Positions 48,024-52,616 of a stretch of 52,616 bases of DNA are shown here, piece by piece. Source of the DNA: Catajapyx aquilonaris. Lineage: Eukaryota. The first letter of the stretch is position 1, and every line of letters begins with the position of its first letter. The notes below the pieces were generated by a model, which did no database searches, had not been told where the DNA came from, and worked only from the letters and a program-made list of their open reading frames with translations. The DNA lies in contig JYFJ02002707.1 in NCBI GenBank assembly GCA_000934665.2, positions 1 to 52,616 of the forward strand. Reading direction: 5' to 3'. Made by a program: the position numbers and the translations under genes.

Positions 48024-50559
48024 ATCTAGACCCCCTACCAATGCAATCATATGATTCAATTTCATGTGCCTGAATCCACTCTAATTGCTCATTCCCCTCC
48101 TAATAAATATGCCCCACACGAAACTAGAGGGGAGAAACCATGGGTGGCGCCATCACTGTCAACGATACATTCTGAACACCTCCGCCATCTACAGACTCTA
48201 CCACACACTCATGCCAAAACGCCCCTCTAAAACCCCTTAGCATTACCAGTTGGGCTACTCCCCCTTCAATCAATAGTCGTATAGATCGGGGTTTTCCTTA
48301 GGGGTGGGGACGTTGAGGATCTTGTGTTTTTTTTAAAGGTCCACACATGTAAAAACTAGGAGTACTTACCAGCTCTGCAGACTTAACAACAATAGTGGTC
48401 CCTAAGGCGTCGCTGTTGCATCCCCATCCCCTGTGGAAGAAGAATGAGACATTGGTATCCAGAAAATCTGAGCACAAAATATATAGACTCCTATGGGTGC
48501 AGATTTTAGTATCGACCCAACACCCCACCCACTTTTTTTTTTGTGCCACTCTAAATCAAAAGTGGCATTTTTAGAATGATCTGTGAATCCTAGTCGACCC
48601 ATGGGATTTTGCAATGCGGCGGGAAAAACCTCCCCATCGGTGGCCACACATTGGGAAAAGGTCATTACAAGTCCTTGCAGTGTAAACCGGAATGGCGTCA
48701 ACTGGATCTCCTGCTTTTTTTTTTACCGAGAAGCATTTCATTAACGCTGCGCAGTTTTAACTCAGTTGATCCTGAGCCCTATGGGGATTTTTTTTTTCGC
48801 ACCGGTTTTAATTATATGGTGGAAAATTGCATGGACCTTACTGTTGGAGTGGGCTTTTGAAGATTGCGGGGGGTTCCCTGCAATTCAAATCTTCGTGGGT
48901 TGGGTGTCACAACCACGTAGTTGGTATTACAGTGTTGGACATAAATCGAGGTATACTGCCAGCGACATTTTCCGAAGCGGCAGAAGAAGGAATCATGCTC
49001 GTCTTGCTCTTGCAGTATCCTTATCTTCGATTCCTTCTTCTGCCGCTTCGGAAAATGTCGCTAGCAATATGCCTATATTTATGTCCACCACTGTACAGTG
49101 TACAATGGACAACTTGAGTGCTGTGCAACACTGGGATTGAATTCAGTATTGCAGGCCATTTAGTAGTCTAGCCTATAGTACTGTGCATTAGCATGAATAC
49201 TGTATACAGAGACAGTTCAAGGTGGTTTTCACAGCAGTGCAGGATACACCACTTAGGCTAGTACAGAGGAAGTAGACACGACTATTGCATATACTCCAGT
49301 GACTGCCTCGCTGATCTAGGCCTAAATATCACATAACATTTTACGATGTGGGCAAATAACTGACATTTAAAAACATCCCAGCTTTTATGTGACACCCGGT
49401 ATAACTTCTGGCATTATAGGCCAAAGTGGCCTTTTCAGGTAGTAAATCAGAGTGATGATGGTAATCTCAGGTGTGTGTAGGGGGGGAAAGCGCGCATAAG
49501 CATATAATGTGGCCACTGTATCGATCACGTGAACGCGCCTGGGCGAGGCCAGTGCTCTCAAACTCTAAACTGTGTGCAAATGACCCTTTCCTGCTCACAC
49601 CGAGGCTTTACTATAATCAGGAAATTTAAAAACGCAAATCCGGAAGTTTAGTACAAACGATAGGTCTCAGGTTACAGTTTTCAATTGACTTGCCCATAGA
49701 ATCTTGCAAATGGGGGGAAACCGGGGAAACCTTTGATAGCATATGACTACTAATCTTGTCCGGCTCGTGTCACGTATACTGGTATACAACATGAACATCC
49801 GTAAGGACTGCTTAAATATTTAAAAGTGTAGATCCACATATTCCAAGTCACCGTGCCCTTTGGCTCAGTGGCGTCGCTATATACTGGAGGGTATTCTCAA
49901 GGGGAACATTCGTCTCTAGACTAGTTATCACTTGAAGTAACGCGTCTCTTGAGAACGATATAACCAAGTTATTGCCAAGTTCACCTGTTACGTCCACTAT
50001 TTTAACAAATTTCATCGTATTATAGTATCATTTTTGAATCGTACACGAATGAAGGCAAAGACAGGCTCGATTTAAATTTTGTACAATTTAAATTTTAGCA
50101 TAATATATGCAGCTCTCCAGAAAAGCAGCTTAGTTTTTCCCAAGTGTGATATATCAACGGGTTTGGCCTCTGCATAAAAGAAACACTTTAGCCCGTCTTT
50201 ATAATATCAGACTAGTACCTCCTAAGTATACCCCATTAATCTCATTACCGTCTTACCTTTGAGATAACTTTTACATTAATTATTCCGCGAGTAAAAGAGA
50301 GAATAATATAGCTTCATGTATAATGAAAGCTAGCTCGAAAGTCTGGTACTAGACGGCTATCCTCTCATCTCACTCTTTTGCCATAGCGAATCAGTTGATT
50401 ATACATGATGATCATAAAATACATGCGTGTCGTGAAGTCATAATTGAAAAGTTCGCCGGAACTTGGTTGAGATACGGCTTCTAATGGCTCCATAGCAGCC
50501 AATAGCACGTTCCATTAAAAACACATTGAGCTAAGTATAAATAAGAATTTTATTTGCCA

Positions 50560-50809
50560 TAATACTGTAATTTGATATCCCGTGATAAGCCGGCTCCCAG
50601 GGGATCTTCGGCTGTATGAAATTTCTACTATGCTGATGGATATTGGGTGTGTGAGGAAACGGGAGAACCCCGAAAAACCCCAGTCGAACACGGATAAAAC
50701 CCACCAAAATTTCCCCTCCATTATAAAATCCTCACTCCGAACCGGGAATCGAACAGGGGGTCCTGAGGATAGAATATCACGTCCTAAACCGCTATACCAT
50801 CTTTCCGCC
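50560..50809 (-). mobile_element. Second, more diverged V-domain-like SINE
   Basis: Shares GAGGAAACGGGAGAACCCCGA (+ strand) with the 127-407 copy; tRNA head with GTTCGATTCC; same 3' hairpin type. Confidence 0.75.
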
Positions 50810-50994
50810 TACATATGCATCTAAATAGATTACATAACAAGTTTGAAAACGTTCCTCAAGGGCAGTTCTTACATCGTCCCTACCTCACATCACAGCTCAT
50901 CGTTTTATTCCGCGGCAGCATTGTTGGTACAACATAATTTCTTAAAATTCAAACAAATAACACTTCGCTTTGTATTGTTAGCAGTGGGTGTATA

Positions 50995-51411
50995 CAATGC
51001 TGGACAAATTAGCCGTCGCTGAATGGTTTTTTTTTCGGCGGCGACGGCGGCGGCGTTACCTGGCAACCCTGTCCGGCGGGCCAGTTCAAACATCAGCCCA
51101 TGGAGTGCGCTTCCATTGTTGCCACTGTTTACAAATCGAGGGAGTGACCCCAAAATGACTTATTGCTTCTAACATCATTATTTTTCCCGTTCTTTCCTGC
51201 ATATATCCCTGCAGATACTGTGTAAGCAGGCAGAAGAGACCCGTCGCTGGGTCGTCCGCGTCACTCACTCGATTTGTAAACAGTGGCAACAATGGAAGCA
51301 CTCTCCATGGGCTGATGTTTGAATTGGCCCGCAGGACAGGGTTGCCAGGTAACGCCGCCGCCGCCTCCGCCGGAAAAAAACATTCAGCGACGGCTATTAT
51401 GTCCAGCACTG
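50995..51411. mobile_element. Tc1/mariner-type MITE (about 150-bp TIRs)
   Basis: TA|CAATGCTGGACA ... TGTCCAGCACTG|TA; long inverted arms explain the mirrored ORFs 50905- and 51315+. Confidence 0.85.
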
Positions 51412-51751
51412 TACAAGCGTCACTCAAAATTACGCTACATTTTTCTTGCACCATATTGGGCAATCGTAGATTTGTGTATTACCTCGAGTCGAGTGCGGGA
51501 CGTTGTTTACAATATATACGAGTCAAAATCCATGTACAGTATAAGAGAGCAATAACTACGATACCATCGCCTGCAATTATCTTTAGGAATAATATTTAAA
51601 TGTTTTAATAACCTTTTTTTCCTATGCTCGTCGGTCAAATTTTCAGACGATTATTAAAATTATAGCTCACAAATTCAGGAACTTCATAATTTACAGTATA
51701 GCCTAACATACATTATTTAAATATAATCCTCAAAATCTACTTGGATGAAAT

Positions 51752-51999
51752 GAGGGGTGTGGTGGAAAAACATGATAACTGTTATTTTTGTCATTTTTTA
51801 TCTAAACACCTAGCAACTATGTGTAAGACATGAGAAACAGTTTGGTATACTCCAAGTTCATGTATCATGCACGAGACGGCCACACGGACTAGATCCAAAC
51901 CAGCATTCCCTATGATTTGTTAAGAAAATGCAAACTTCAATTCGCTCTCCTGAAAAATTACACCTTTGTCAGTTATCATGTTTTTCCACCACACCCCTC
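51752..51999. mobile_element. Sola-type MITE, copy 2 (opposite orientation)
   Basis: Reverse complement of 31706-31952 over its full length; 4-bp TSD AAAT. Confidence 0.78.
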
Positions 52000-52616
52000 A
52001 AATATAACTCATATTTACGCTACTGTACTGTGATATTTCCCACCTGGCACTACATAGGCCTACTATTTATTGCTACTAATGTTCACTGTTTCGGTTACAA
52101 TGTACAGGGTGCCACAATAAACCTCCCTAGTTTCAAAGAGGGGTAAAAAAAAAAAGAAATGTAAAGGTATTTAAGGTTTTTGTTGTTTAAGGTGGAAATG
52201 AAGCTAGAGTCACTCAATGAGAATTTTATGAAAAAAACATATGTTACGCAGTTTTGTGTCCTCTTATCAATGGCGCAAAGAAAAATACACGTCACCGTGC
52301 AAATTAGCGAACTGGAGGGCTCAGAAGTTCGCGATTTAACATGGGCCCTTATGGCAGAATTTTCAATAGTCCACAAAAAAATCATAAGTAAATGAGAATT
52401 TTAAAATTAAATGTAGAATATGTCGGGACTTATATACTGATCGCAACCGCAAAAAGAAAACCCTACCTCACCGTGCTCTTTCAATTTGTATTGCGGAAAA
52501 ACGATCCGAAAATGATCCGGTGACGTCACCTTGCTCCACTCGAGTGAGGCAGTGGCAACACTGCGTTGTTTACGGTAGCGAGATACGGTTGCATACGACC
52601 GCGAAATATGAGTGCA

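Noticed and set aside
50905..51599. Two ORFs sharing MFELARRTGLPGNAAA (and the similar pair 46734-/46929+)
   Set aside because: Mirror translations of MITE inverted arms, not duplicated genes.
1..52616. CRISPR array, operon or prokaryotic defence system
   Set aside because: No regularly spaced repeat-spacer array; spliceosomal introns, SINEs and microsatellites show eukaryotic DNA.

Overview
Eukaryotic (most likely arthropod) genomic DNA. The main feature is one intron-rich minus-strand gene that can be assembled from 10 phase-compatible GT-AG exons (39918 to 13578, 6300 nt, about 2099 aa). It encodes a large, mostly low-complexity protein with a RUSC1/RUSC2 (NESCA/iporin)-type RUN domain; no C-terminal SH3 exon could be found in the window. 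Also present: a tRNA-Ser(GCT) gene in the first intron, a multi-exon non-catalytic trypsin-family (serine protease homolog) pseudogene at about 46.3-48.0 kb, a 5'-truncated RTE-X-like LINE with a 15-bp TSD, and five tRNA-headed SINEs from three families. Other elements are a non-autonomous Helitron, a Merlin/ISXO2-like transposase fossil, and many MITEs (Tc1/mariner-, hAT- and Sola-type), several of them nested. No prokaryotic-type system or CRISPR array is present. The most interesting signals are a 3' double stem-loop plus (ATT)n tail shared by the LINE and all SINE families, a TIR-flanked tRNA-like cassette, and a sharp CpG-depleted domain over the 3' part of the gene. All calls are by eye, with no database searches.
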